From: Thermoanaerobaculia bacterium
GTDB taxonomy: Bacteria > Acidobacteriota > Thermoanaerobaculia > Gp7-AA8
Direction: 5' to 3'
NCBI GenBank assembly: GCA_044866315.1
Contig: JBIOTX010000299.1
Coordinates: 163-64,162, forward strand
DNA length: 64,000 nucleotides
In this document: positions 36,095 through 49,200 of the stretch, one piece after another
Position numbering within the stretch: the first letter of the stretch is position 1
How the letters are laid out: every line of letters starts with the position of its first letter
The notes under the pieces: model-generated
The model's database searches: none
Told to the model about the DNA's origin: nothing
Seen by the model: only the letters and a program-made list of their open reading frames with translations
Made by a program: the position numbers and the translations under genes

Positions 36095-37054
36095 ATGAGC
36101 AAGAAAATCGGGCTGCTGTTCGGAATGGAAGACACGTTTCCGTGGGCGTTGATCGAGGCGATCAACAGCCGCGGGGGCGACGAGGTCGAGGCCGCGCCGG
36201 TCGCGATCTCCTACCTCAAGGACGACGGGGTCTTTCCCTACGACCTGATCCTCGACCGGATCAGCCACGAGGTGCCGTTCTACCGCACCTATCTGAAGTG
36301 CGCGGCGGCCTCGGGCGTGCGCATCGTCAACAACCCGATCTGGTGGTCGGCGGACGACAAGTTCTTCGACAACCTCGTGGCCAAGGCGGCCGGGGTGGCC
36401 GTGCCCAAGACCGTGCTCCTGCCGCACAAGCAGTACCCGCCCAACACCGAGGCGAAGTCGTTCCGGAACATGCGCTTCGTCGACTGGGACGAGGTCTTCT
36501 CCTACCTCGGCTGGCCGATCTTCATGAAGCCGGCCTACGGCGGCGGCTGGAAGGACGTGTACAAGGTCCACAACCCGCAGGAGTTCTTCTCCGCCTACGA
36601 CCAGACCCGGGACCTGACCATGATGGCCCAGGAGGCCATCGAGTTCGAGCTCTACTACCGCTGCTACGTCCTCGGCCGCAAGCGCGTGCGGATCATGGCC
36701 TACGATCCGAAGGCGCCGTTCCACGAGCGCTACGTGAAGAACCCGCCGCCGATGAATCCTGCGTTCGAGAAGCGCGTCCGCCGGGATGCCCTCGCGCTCT
36801 GCGACGGCCTCGGCTATGACATGAACACGGTGGAGTTCGCGGTGCGCGGCGGCGTGCCGTACGCGATCGACTTCATGAACTGCGCGCCGGACGCCGATCT
36901 GCACTCCGTCGGCCAAGAGAACTTCGACTGGATGGTCACGAACATGGCCGACACGCTCATCGAGCTGGTGCAGGGCCAGAAGAAGTTCGAGCTGACGGGC
37001 AACTGGCCGTCGGTCATGAATCCGGTCAAGGACGTCTCCCAGCCCATCTCATGA
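36095..37054 (+). CDS. ATP-grasp domain protein (RimK / glutathione-synthetase-like ligase)
   Basis: ATG at 36095 after GGAGG. Contains KTVLLP...WPIFMKPAYGGGWKDVYKV...MAQEAIEF...VEFAV and AIDFMN, as in ATP-grasp ligases. Confidence 0.8.
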   Translation: MSKKIGLLFGMEDTFPWALIEAINSRGGDEVEAAPVAISYLKDDGVFPYDLILDRISHEVPFYRTYLKCAAASGVRIVNNPIWWSADDKFFDNLVAKAAGVAVPKTVLLPHKQYPPNTEAKSFRNMRFVDWDEVFSYLGWPIFMKPAYGGGWKDVYKVHNPQEFFSAYDQTRDLTMMAQEAIEFELYYRCYVLGRKRVRIMAYDPKAPFHERYVKNPPPMNPAFEKRVRRDALALCDGLGYDMNTVEFAVRGGVPYAIDFMNCAPDADLHSVGQENFDWMVTNMADTLIELVQGQKKFELTGNWPSVMNPVKDVSQPIS

Positions 37055-37058
37055 GGTC

Positions 37059-37661
37059 GTGAGCAACACCATCGCGCGTTCGTCCGACGAGATCCGCGCC
37101 GTCCTGGACGCGCTCGCCGGAGAGCACCTGCCGTCGCGCAAGACCTATCTTGCCAGCGGCTTCTTCGTCCTCGTCTGCGGCATCTTCTTTCCGGTGCTCC
37201 TGGCCGGACTGTTGATCTACCGCGGGGCCGGGATCGACCTCCTGCGCGACTACGAGGCGCTCTTCACCATCGTCGGCGGACCGCTCCTCGCCTTCTCGCT
37301 CCTGCAGACGTCCATGTCCCGATACGTCGTGGATGACGCGCACATCGCCTGCACCGCCCCGCTGGGCATCGGCTCGTGGACGATGATGCGCGCCGAGATC
37401 GAGCGCATCGAGGCGAACGTCGGCACGGTCGGCATGTCGCTGACCATCCACAGCGGCCTGCAGAAGCCCAAGACCATGCCCCTGCGCAAGCGCACCAGCG
37501 ATCGGTTCTTTCGCCGGTATCCGGAGCTGCGGCGGGTGCGGGCGAAAGTGAACGTCGAGGAGAGGAAGCGGAAGCAGAAAAACAAGATCGTCCTGATCGC
37601 CTTCATCGCGATCTTCGCTGCGATCATCGCCGCATTCATAGCGATGGTCGTCTATCGGTGA
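37059..37661 (+). CDS. Membrane protein of unknown function (2 N-terminal TM helices, 1 C-terminal TM helix)
   Basis: GTG at 37059 after GAGG, 200 aa. Sits between the two ligase genes. Confidence 0.5.
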   Translation: MSNTIARSSDEIRAVLDALAGEHLPSRKTYLASGFFVLVCGIFFPVLLAGLLIYRGAGIDLLRDYEALFTIVGGPLLAFSLLQTSMSRYVVDDAHIACTAPLGIGSWTMMRAEIERIEANVGTVGMSLTIHSGLQKPKTMPLRKRTSDRFFRRYPELRRVRAKVNVEERKRKQKNKIVLIAFIAIFAAIIAAFIAMVVYR

Positions 37662-37675
37662 GCTATCCTTCCGTC

Positions 37676-38782
37676 ATGCCCGAACCGACCTTCACGCTGG
37701 GGATCGAGGAAGAGTTCCAGGTCATCGACCCCGTCTCGCGGGAGCTGAAGTCGCACATCCAGGAGATGTTCGCCGAGGGGGAGAAGCGCCTCAAGGACGA
37801 GATCAAGCGGGAGATGCACGACCCGGTGATCGAGGTCGGGACGCCGATCTGCGCGAACATCTCCGAGGCCCGGCGGGAGATCACCCGGCTGCGACGGGAG
37901 ATCTGCACGCTCGTGCGCGAGAGCGGCCTGCGCATCGCCTCCGCCGGCACGCACCCGATCTCCCACTGGTCGAACGTGCCCATCACCCCCCACGCGCGCT
38001 ACGACCAGATCGTGTACGAGCTGCAGATGCTGGCCCGGGCCAACCTGATCTTCGGCCTGCACGTGCACGTGGCCATCGAGGACCACGAGACCCGCATCCA
38101 GATCATGAACGCGGCGCGCTACTTCCTGCCGCACGTCTTCGCGCTGTCGGTGAACTCGCCGTTCTGGTGCGGGCAGAACACGGGCTGGAAGAGCTATCGG
38201 GCCAAGGTCTTCGAGCGCTTCCCGCGCACCGGCATCCCCGACTACTTCCGCGCCGCCAGCGACTTCGATGAGTACGTGGCCATGCTCATCCGCACCCGCT
38301 GCATCGACAACGCGAAGAAGATCTGGTGGGACGTCCGCCCGCACCCGTTCTTCCCGACGCTGGAGTACCGGATCTGCGACGTCCCCATGCGCGTGGACGA
38401 GACCATCTGCTTCGCCGCGCTCTTCCAGGCCATCACCAAGAAGCTCTACAAGCTCTACCGCCAGAACATGGGCTGGCGCCTCTACCGCCGGTCGCTTCTC
38501 AACGAGAACAAACAGCGCGCCGCGCGCTTCGGCACCGGCGGAAAGCTGATCGACTTCGGCAAGCGGGAAGAGGTGCCCTTCGGCGAGCTCCTGGACGAGC
38601 TCCTCGAGTTCGTGGACGACGTGGTCGACGAGCTCGGCTCCCGCAACGAGGTCTACTACGCGCGGGAGATCATGAAAAACGGGACGGGCGCGGACCGGCA
38701 GCTGGCGGCGTATGGGCAGCGGAACGATTTGCGGGACGTGGTGGATTACATCGTGACGGAGACGGAGCACGGGGTGGTGTGA
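37676..38782 (+). CDS. Carboxylate-amine ligase, glutamate-cysteine ligase family 2 (YbdK/GCS2)
   Basis: Starts MPEPTFTLGIEEEFQVID. Contains GTHP, LHVHVAI and SPFW blocks characteristic of GCS2. Confidence 0.9.
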   Translation: MPEPTFTLGIEEEFQVIDPVSRELKSHIQEMFAEGEKRLKDEIKREMHDPVIEVGTPICANISEARREITRLRREICTLVRESGLRIASAGTHPISHWSNVPITPHARYDQIVYELQMLARANLIFGLHVHVAIEDHETRIQIMNAARYFLPHVFALSVNSPFWCGQNTGWKSYRAKVFERFPRTGIPDYFRAASDFDEYVAMLIRTRCIDNAKKIWWDVRPHPFFPTLEYRICDVPMRVDETICFAALFQAITKKLYKLYRQNMGWRLYRRSLLNENKQRAARFGTGGKLIDFGKREEVPFGELLDELLEFVDDVVDELGSRNEVYYAREIMKNGTGADRQLAAYGQRNDLRDVVDYIVTETEHGVV

Positions 38783-38785
38783 GGG

Positions 38786-39043
38786 ATGAATCGCCGTCGC
38801 CTTCTGGCTCGCTTAGCCTCAGGGCACTTTCAAAATGTCGCTTTTCGTGACGCAACGGCGTTGATCGAGGGTTTTGGCTTTACTGAGGTCCGGGTCGAAA
38901 GTAGCCATCACATCTACTCGCATCCCGGCGTAAACGAGTTCGTGAACCTGCAGGACGTACGTGGCGAGGCCAAGCCATATCAGCTCCGGCAATTTCTTCG
39001 GCTGGTCGAGCGCTATGATCTGCGGCTGAAGGACAACGAGTGA
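38786..39043 (+). CDS. hicA: Type II toxin HicA-family mRNA interferase
   Basis: 85 aa. GFGFTEVRVESSHHIYSHPG...KPYQLRQFLRLVE fits the HicA (YcfA) pattern GW..VR..GSHH.F.HP. Visibly lower GC than its neighbours. Confidence 0.75.
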   Translation: MNRRRLLARLASGHFQNVAFRDATALIEGFGFTEVRVESSHHIYSHPGVNEFVNLQDVRGEAKPYQLRQFLRLVERYDLRLKDNE

Positions 39044-39261
39044 CCGATTACCACATCAACATCTTCTACAGCGAGGAAGACGGCGGCTACATCGCCGACG
39101 TCCCCGACCTCGACGCCTGCTCCGCGTTCGGCAACACGCCCGAAGAAGCGCTGGCGGAAGTCGCGCGTGCGAAGGCGGCATGGCTGTCCGCGGCTCGTGA
39201 AGCGGGTAAGCCCGTTCCGGAGCCGCGCTATCGCCCGGTCATTTACCAAGCGCGTGGATAG
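39040..39261 (+). CDS. hicB: Type II antitoxin HicB family
   Basis: GTGA overlap with hicA. YHINIFYSEEDGGYIADVPDLDACSAFGNTPEEALAEV is the HicB N-terminal RNase-H-like fold signature. Confidence 0.8.
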   Translation: MTDYHINIFYSEEDGGYIADVPDLDACSAFGNTPEEALAEVARAKAAWLSAAREAGKPVPEPRYRPVIYQARG

Positions 39262-39300
39262 GGGTATAAGGCACACCCTTTGATCACGCCCGACCTGGAA

Positions 39301-40275
39301 ATGCAGCGCCTCAACATCCACGACGACCACCCGTTCTTCGAGTACGTCCGGCTCGAGGACTCCGTCCCGCCCGTCAGCAGGGACCGGATCGACGTCGCTC
39401 TCCTGGACATGAACCACAACTGGCCGAACGTCGGGCACGACGCGCTGGCGCACGTGGTGCTGGAGTGCGCGGAACAGCTTCAGGACGAGCTGCAGGGCAT
39501 CGGCGCGAAGGTGCGCCTCCTGTCGTACGACGTGCGGCGGCGGCAACTGATCCCGGAGGCGCCGAACGGACGGCTGCAGATCTACATCGGAACGGGCGGG
39601 CCCGGGCACCTCGATCCGCGGCTGAACGACGGCGTCAGCCCGTGGAGCCAGGGGATCGCGGAGACGGGCTCGTGGGAGGCGCCGCTGTTCCGGCTCTTCG
39701 ACGACATTCTCACCCACCGCAGCGCGGCCATGCTGGCCGTGTGTCACTCCTTCGGGCTGGTCTGCCGCTGGTCGGGAATCGCCCGGCCGGAGCTGCGCGA
39801 GGAGAAGAGCAGCGGGATGCCGCTCAACCGGCTCTCCCGCGAGGCCATGCAGCATCCGTGGTTCGAGCAGTTCGCGGGCGAGCTGCCGGACGGGCAGCAC
39901 TTCCGGGTGATCGACAACCGGCTGTTCGATCTCATCCTCGAGAATGCGGGGAAGAGCCAGCCGATCGCCTTCGAGGCCCAGACGAGCAGCGCCCTGACGA
40001 TGGTCGAGCTGGCCCGCGATCCGGGCGGCACGATGCCGCGTTTCCTGGGCGCGAACCATCACCCGGAGATCATCGACCGCGAGCACATCATGCGGGTGCT
40101 CGACGAGAAGCTCGCCCAGGGCGAGGTCAGCGACCGGTGGTACGGCGAGCGGGCGGTGACCATGCGCGACCTCTTCCACGGCGAGAACGAGCGCCAGAGC
40201 CGGCTGACGTCGTACTACACGCTGCTCGCGCCGCTCCGGTTCCACCTGGAGCGCGTGATCCGCGAGCGGACATAG
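39301..40275 (+). CDS. Class I glutamine amidotransferase-like protein
   Basis: ATG at 39301 (alternative TTG at 39280). Nucleophile elbow MLAVCHSFG and downstream NHHPE (Cys-His-Glu triad pattern). Confidence 0.7.
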   Translation: MQRLNIHDDHPFFEYVRLEDSVPPVSRDRIDVALLDMNHNWPNVGHDALAHVVLECAEQLQDELQGIGAKVRLLSYDVRRRQLIPEAPNGRLQIYIGTGGPGHLDPRLNDGVSPWSQGIAETGSWEAPLFRLFDDILTHRSAAMLAVCHSFGLVCRWSGIARPELREEKSSGMPLNRLSREAMQHPWFEQFAGELPDGQHFRVIDNRLFDLILENAGKSQPIAFEAQTSSALTMVELARDPGGTMPRFLGANHHPEIIDREHIMRVLDEKLAQGEVSDRWYGERAVTMRDLFHGENERQSRLTSYYTLLAPLRFHLERVIRERT

Positions 40276-40285
40276 AATCGCGCCC

Positions 40286-41329
40286 GTGCACCCTCGCGGC
40301 CTCAGCATCGTCACCATCGGCGGCGGCACCGGCCTGTCCACCCTGCTGCGCGGGCTGAAGGGCTACGTCGACGGGGAGGGGGCGTGGTCGATCGGATCCT
40401 TAGGCGCGATCGTCACGGTGACCGACGAGGGCGGCAGCTCGGGCGTGCTGCGCAACGAGTTCGGCATCCTCCCGCCCGGCGACATCCGCAACTGCATCGT
40501 CGCCCTCGGCGAGGAAGAGCAGCTCCTCTCGCAGCTCTTCTCCTACCGCTTCGACACCGACTCCGCCCTGAAGGGCCACTCCCTCGGCAACATCCTGCTG
40601 ACGGCCATGACCCACATCACCGGCAGCTTCGAGCAGGCCATCCTCGCGGCCTCGGACATCCTGGCCATCCGCGGCGAGATCTATCCCTCGACGCTCTCCG
40701 ACGTGCGCCTGAGGGCCACGCTCGAAGACGGCTCGGAGCTCGTCGGCGAGGTGGCGATCAGCGGGTCGGCGATCGGCGAGGAACCGAAGACGACCACCCG
40801 TCATGCCCGGATCGTGCATCTGGCGCTCGATCCACCGGACGTGAAGCCGACCGACCGGGCGCTGGAGGCGCTGGCCGCGGCCGACCTGATCCTCGTCGGT
40901 CCGGGCTCGCTGTACACGTCGGTGCTGCCGAACCTGGTCATCCAGCCGATCGCCGAGGCACTGCGGCAGGCGAAGGCATTGCGCGTGTACATCTGCAACG
41001 TGATGACCCAGCCGAACGAGACCGACCACTACACCGCCCAGGATCACCTGAGCGCGATCGTCGAGCACGCCGGACTGGTGGTGGACGTGATGGTGATGAA
41101 CGGGCGGCGGCCGTCGGACGCGATCCTGAAGACGTACGCGGCCATGAACCAGCACCCGGTGCAGTTCGATCTGGAGGCCATCCGCGAGCTCGGCGTCACG
41201 CCGTTCTTCGGCGACATCATCGCCGAGGGGAACTTCGTGCGGCACGACCCGGCGGCGCTGGCCCAGACCATTTTCCGGCTCTACGACCGCTACGGACGCA
41301 CGCTCGAACGAATGAGACGGGAGTCATGA
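40286..41329 (+). CDS. yvcK: Gluconeogenesis factor YvcK (CofD-like, UPF0052)
   Basis: IVTIGGGTGLSTLLRGLK, VTVTDEGGSSGVLR, PPGDIRNC. Confidence 0.9.
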   Translation: MHPRGLSIVTIGGGTGLSTLLRGLKGYVDGEGAWSIGSLGAIVTVTDEGGSSGVLRNEFGILPPGDIRNCIVALGEEEQLLSQLFSYRFDTDSALKGHSLGNILLTAMTHITGSFEQAILAASDILAIRGEIYPSTLSDVRLRATLEDGSELVGEVAISGSAIGEEPKTTTRHARIVHLALDPPDVKPTDRALEALAAADLILVGPGSLYTSVLPNLVIQPIAEALRQAKALRVYICNVMTQPNETDHYTAQDHLSAIVEHAGLVVDVMVMNGRRPSDAILKTYAAMNQHPVQFDLEAIRELGVTPFFGDIIAEGNFVRHDPAALAQTIFRLYDRYGRTLERMRRES

Positions 41330-42735
41330 ACGAAAACCTGGAAGTGATCATCCTCGCCGCGGGCCTCGGCACGCGCATGAAGTCCTCGACGATCAAGATC
41401 CTGCACCGCGCGGCGGGCCGGCCGATCGTCGACTACGTCCTCGACGTCGCCGCCGATCTCTCCCCGAATCCGCCGGTGATGGTGATCGGGTACCAGCGCG
41501 AGGCGGTGCAGAAGTCGATCGGGGAGCGGGCGCGGTACGCGGTGCAGGAGCAGCAGCTCGGCACGGGCCACGCCGTCCTGCAGGCCGCGCCGGCGATCGA
41601 GGCGGGAGGGGTGGAGGGCAAACGGGTGCTGATCCTCTCCGGCGACGTACCGCTGACGCGGCCGGAGACGCTGCGCGGGCTGATCGAGGAGCACGAGCGC
41701 GCCGGAAACGCGCTCACGCTGCTGACGATGAAGCTCGACGACCCGGCCATGTATGGGCGGATCGTCCGTGACCCGAGCGGCGGCGTGATGCGCATCGTCG
41801 AGGCCAAGGACGCCAGCGAGGACGAGAAGCGCATCGACGAGGTCAACGCCGGGATCTACGTCTTCAACGGCGAGCATCTCTTCGATCACCTGCGCAACCT
41901 CTCCACCGACAACGCCCAGGGCGAGTACTACCTGACCGATCTCCTGGCCATCCTCCGCGACGCGGGCCAGCGCGTCGGCGCGATGGTCGTCCGCGATCCG
42001 ACGGAAGTGATCGGCGTGAACTCGCGCGGGGAGCTGGCACAGGTGGAGGCGGAGATCCAGCGGCGCGTGGTCGCGAAGCTGATGGCGAACGGCGTGACGT
42101 TCCGCAATCCGTCGACGGTGGTCATCGACTCGACGGTGCAGATCGGCGCCGACACGGTCGTCTACCCGTTCGTCACCCTCGAGGGGAACACGCAGATCGG
42201 CGAGGGCTGCGTCATCGAGCCGGGCGTGCACCTGGTGAACGTGCGCGTCGGGGACGACGTGCACCTCAAGACCGGTACGGTGGCCGAGGATGCGGTGATC
42301 GAGGACGAGGCCAGCGTGGGGCCGTACGCGCACCTGAGGCCGGGCAGCCAGCTCGGGCGGCGGGTGAAGGTCGGCAACTTCGTGGAGACGAAGAAGGCGG
42401 TGTTCGGGGAGGGGGCCAAGGCGTCGCACCTCTCGTACATCGGCGACGCCGAAGTAGGCGCGGACGTGAACATCGGCGCGGGGACGATCACCTGCAACTA
42501 CGACGGCGTGCGCAAGCACAAGACCATCCTCGAGGACGGCGTCTTCATCGGCTCGGACACGCAGCTCGTGGCCCCGGTGCGCGTCGGCCGCGGCGCGTAT
42601 GTGGGCGCGGGCTCGACGATCACGAAGGACGTGCCCGCGGAAGCGCTGGCGCTCTCACGGACGCCGCAGCGGGTGGTGGAAGGGTGGGCGCGGAAGAAGA
42701 AGGAAAAGGATCGGGAGAAGGACGAGAAGACCTAA
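41326..42735 (+). CDS. glmU: Bifunctional UDP-N-acetylglucosamine diphosphorylase / glucosamine-1-phosphate N-acetyltransferase
   Basis: ATGA overlap with yvcK. VIILAAGLGTRMKS, YYLTD, and C-terminal left-handed beta-helix hexapeptide repeats. Confidence 0.95.
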   Translation: MNENLEVIILAAGLGTRMKSSTIKILHRAAGRPIVDYVLDVAADLSPNPPVMVIGYQREAVQKSIGERARYAVQEQQLGTGHAVLQAAPAIEAGGVEGKRVLILSGDVPLTRPETLRGLIEEHERAGNALTLLTMKLDDPAMYGRIVRDPSGGVMRIVEAKDASEDEKRIDEVNAGIYVFNGEHLFDHLRNLSTDNAQGEYYLTDLLAILRDAGQRVGAMVVRDPTEVIGVNSRGELAQVEAEIQRRVVAKLMANGVTFRNPSTVVIDSTVQIGADTVVYPFVTLEGNTQIGEGCVIEPGVHLVNVRVGDDVHLKTGTVAEDAVIEDEASVGPYAHLRPGSQLGRRVKVGNFVETKKAVFGEGAKASHLSYIGDAEVGADVNIGAGTITCNYDGVRKHKTILEDGVFIGSDTQLVAPVRVGRGAYVGAGSTITKDVPAEALALSRTPQRVVEGWARKKKEKDREKDEKT

Positions 42736-44045
42736 TGCGGCTTGAGATCGACCTTCATCTTCCCGAAGTCGATCACCACGTTGAAGTTCTTCAGGAAGTT
42801 CTGGCCGACGATGCCGACGGCCTGCTCGCGGTCGCCCGATGAGTACATGGGGATGGTCTTGAAGTTGCCGGCCCAGTGGTCGAAGCCGACTTCGACGTTC
42901 TCGACCTTCGCGCCGCGCTTCATCGCTCCGCCCAGTCCCTGCAGGGTGGCCGTGTGGCCGCCGGTCGTCGAGAGCGCGGGGATGGGCAGGGAGCCGAGGC
43001 GGGACTGGTTGAGGAAGGTGATCTCCGAGCCGGTGTCGAGGACGAAGAGGAACCAGCCGCGCCGGTTCACCGCGCCGCGGACGTGCGGGCGGAAGCCGGC
43101 GAAGAAGAGATTCTGGTCGGCGTCGGGGCGGCGGTCGGCGGGGGTCAGGCGGGTGAAGACGGCCCGGCTGCGGCTGAAGTCGAGCTCGAGCCGGAACTCC
43201 TTGAGCAGGTTCGAGCCGAGGAGGAAGTCCATGCGGAACTCCTCGCCCTTCTTCTTGCTGACCAGGAACTTCATCTTGTCGTCGGGCATGATCGCCACGG
43301 GAACGTTCTCGATGACGATCGACCCGAGCTCGAGCGAGTCGAGGATGCCGAAGCCCACCTGGATCGGCTCGCCCAGGAGGCCGTAGAACGTGCCCTCGAA
43401 CGTGCCGATGGAGCGCACGGGCAGCTCCGCGGCGAGGCGCTTGGAGACGATCGACAGCACGGCGCCGGAGTCGATGATCGCCTCCACGTCTTTCGTCCGA
43501 TTGATGCGCGTGGCCACGCGCGGCACGTCCGGCCGGCCGAAGTGGAAGGGGATGCGGTCGCTCTCTTCGCCGCTGAACTGATACGCGGGCACCTTGCTCA
43601 TCGCCTTCAGATACTCGATGTGCCAGCGCCGGACGTTGAGCCCCCGGTCGGCGGCGATCTCCGCCCACTCCAGGCTCGACTCGAAGTTGTTGGAGAGGTA
43701 CTCGACCTGGGCCAGATCCCAGGCGATCTGGGCGTAATGCGTGCGGAAGGGATCGAGGTCGAGGGCGGCGCGGAGCACCTCGCGCGCGGCGTCGTAGCGG
43801 CCGGCGGCGAGCATGGCGCTGCCGATCGCGCCGAGCTCCACGGCATTGCGGCGCTTGAGGGTCTCCTTGTTCGAGGCCAGCTCGATGGCGCGCAGGTAGT
43901 CGGACTTCCGGAGCATCGACTGCAGGTCGGTCCCGCGCTCGATGTGCGTGGGCAGGATGTTGAGCGGGAGGATCGAGACCTCGTTGTACAGCGTGCAGCC
44001 GGAGAGGAAGACAGCGACCGCTGCCAGGGCGAGCGTGCGGGGCAT
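42732..44045 (-). CDS. Lipoprotein with TPR-like N-terminal region and two retropepsin-like aspartic protease lobes
   Basis: Lipobox AVFLSGC. Two Asp-protease signatures, IIDSGAVLSIVS and VLDTGSEITFLN, in one chain. Its stop overlaps the glmU stop (convergent). Confidence 0.75.
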   Translation of the reverse strand: MPRTLALAAVAVFLSGCTLYNEVSILPLNILPTHIERGTDLQSMLRKSDYLRAIELASNKETLKRRNAVELGAIGSAMLAAGRYDAAREVLRAALDLDPFRTHYAQIAWDLAQVEYLSNNFESSLEWAEIAADRGLNVRRWHIEYLKAMSKVPAYQFSGEESDRIPFHFGRPDVPRVATRINRTKDVEAIIDSGAVLSIVSKRLAAELPVRSIGTFEGTFYGLLGEPIQVGFGILDSLELGSIVIENVPVAIMPDDKMKFLVSKKKGEEFRMDFLLGSNLLKEFRLELDFSRSRAVFTRLTPADRRPDADQNLFFAGFRPHVRGAVNRRGWFLFVLDTGSEITFLNQSRLGSLPIPALSTTGGHTATLQGLGGAMKRGAKVENVEVGFDHWAGNFKTIPMYSSGDREQAVGIVGQNFLKNFNVVIDFGKMKVDLKPH

Positions 44046-44070
44046 TACGGGAGATTCTACGGCTCTTCCG

Positions 44071-47706
<3,636 letters not shown>

Positions 47707-47773
47707 AGAGGTGGCAGGGAGAGAGTAACGGAAAGATGTCACGTTTGGGAGTGCGACTACAATCCGCGCCGCC

Positions 47774-48586
47774 ATGACCGACCTCGAGATCGCCGTCGAA
47801 GCCGCCCGGGCCGGCGCCGCCGTGCTGCTGCGGCACTGGGAGCAGCTCGGCAAGGACGACGCCGACCTCAAGGCTCGCCACGACTGGGTCTCCGCGGCCG
47901 ACCGCGAGAGCGAGGCGGCGATCGTCTCCGTCCTCCGCGAGCACTGCCCGGACGACGTCTTCCTGGGCGAGGAGAGCGGGCTCTCCGAGGGCACGAGCCG
48001 GCGTACGTGGATCGTCGATCCGCTCGACGGCACATCCAACTATCTCCAGCACTTTCCGGTCTGGTCGGTCTCGATCGGCCTGCGCGCGGGGGAGGAGATG
48101 GTCGTCGGCGTGATCTACGAGCCGCTGCGCGAGATCTTCTTCACCGCCGAGCGCGGCGCCGGCGCGTTCCGCAACGGCTCCCGGATGCGCGTCTCCGAGC
48201 AGAGCCAGGTGGAAGGCTCGTTCCTCGCCACCGGCTTTCCGTTCCGCGCCCAGGAGTACGTCGAGACCTACGTGAAGATCTTCACGGACGTGATCCGCAT
48301 CTCGAAAGGCGTGCGCCGCGCCGGCTCGGCCGCGCTCGATCTGGCCTACACCGCCGCCGGCGTCTTCGACGGCTTCTTCGAGATGCACCTCGCGCCGTGG
48401 GACGTGGCCGCCGGCTCGCTGCTCGTCACCGAGGCGGGCGGCGTGGTGAGCGACTTCTCGAACGGCCAGCGCTGGATGCAGCGCGGGAACATCGTCGGCG
48501 CGTCACGCGGTGTGCATCGGGAGCTGATGGAGATCATCGCCCGCCACGTGACCGAGGATCAGCTCGATCACCGCAAGCGCACGTGA
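47774..48586 (+). CDS. suhB: Inositol monophosphatase family protein
   Basis: FLGEES, WIVDPLDGTSNY, and WDVAAG motifs. Confidence 0.9.
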   Translation: MTDLEIAVEAARAGAAVLLRHWEQLGKDDADLKARHDWVSAADRESEAAIVSVLREHCPDDVFLGEESGLSEGTSRRTWIVDPLDGTSNYLQHFPVWSVSIGLRAGEEMVVGVIYEPLREIFFTAERGAGAFRNGSRMRVSEQSQVEGSFLATGFPFRAQEYVETYVKIFTDVIRISKGVRRAGSAALDLAYTAAGVFDGFFEMHLAPWDVAAGSLLVTEAGGVVSDFSNGQRWMQRGNIVGASRGVHRELMEIIARHVTEDQLDHRKRT

Positions 48587-49200
48587 GCAAGCCCAGGAAA
48601 CTCCCGCGCTCGTTCTACCTCCACGACACGGTCACGGTCGCCCGGGCCCTCCTCGGCTGCGTGCTCTGGCGACGGCTGGACGACGGCGAGATGCTCGCCG
48701 CCCGCATCGTGGAGACCGAGGCCTACCTCGGCGCGAACGACATGGCCAGCCACGCCCGGCGCGGACTGCGCTCGGAGCGAAACGCGTCGATGTACCTCGA
48801 GGGCGGGCACGCCTACGTGTACTTCACCTACGGCATGCACTGGTGCCTGAACGTCGTCACGCAGGAGGAGGACATCGCCGAGGCGGTGCTGCTGCGGGCG
48901 GCGGAGCCGGTGCGGGGGATCGAGGCCATGCGCGCGCGGCGGCCGAAGGCCAGGCGCGACTTCGACCTGATGAACGGCCCGGGGAAGATCTGCATGGCTC
49001 TGGACATCGATCGCCGGCTCGACGGCGCTGGGCTGGCCGGCGACGCGCTCTGGCTCACCGGCCGCGACGTCGAGGTGCAGGAGCACGACATCGCCGTCAG
49101 CCCGCGCATCGGCATCGACAACTCCGGCGACGCGGCCGCCTGGCCGCTGCGCTTCTTCCTGCGCGGCAACCGCCACGTCTCCGCGTACCGCAATGTCTGA
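48583..49200 (+). CDS. mpg: DNA-3-methyladenine glycosylase (Mpg/AAG family)
   Basis: GTGA overlap with suhB. VARALLGC.L......ARIVETEAYLG..D.ASHA, YVYFTYGMHWCLNVV. Confidence 0.85.
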   Translation: MSKPRKLPRSFYLHDTVTVARALLGCVLWRRLDDGEMLAARIVETEAYLGANDMASHARRGLRSERNASMYLEGGHAYVYFTYGMHWCLNVVTQEEDIAEAVLLRAAEPVRGIEAMRARRPKARRDFDLMNGPGKICMALDIDRRLDGAGLAGDALWLTGRDVEVQEHDIAVSPRIGIDNSGDAAAWPLRFFLRGNRHVSAYRNV

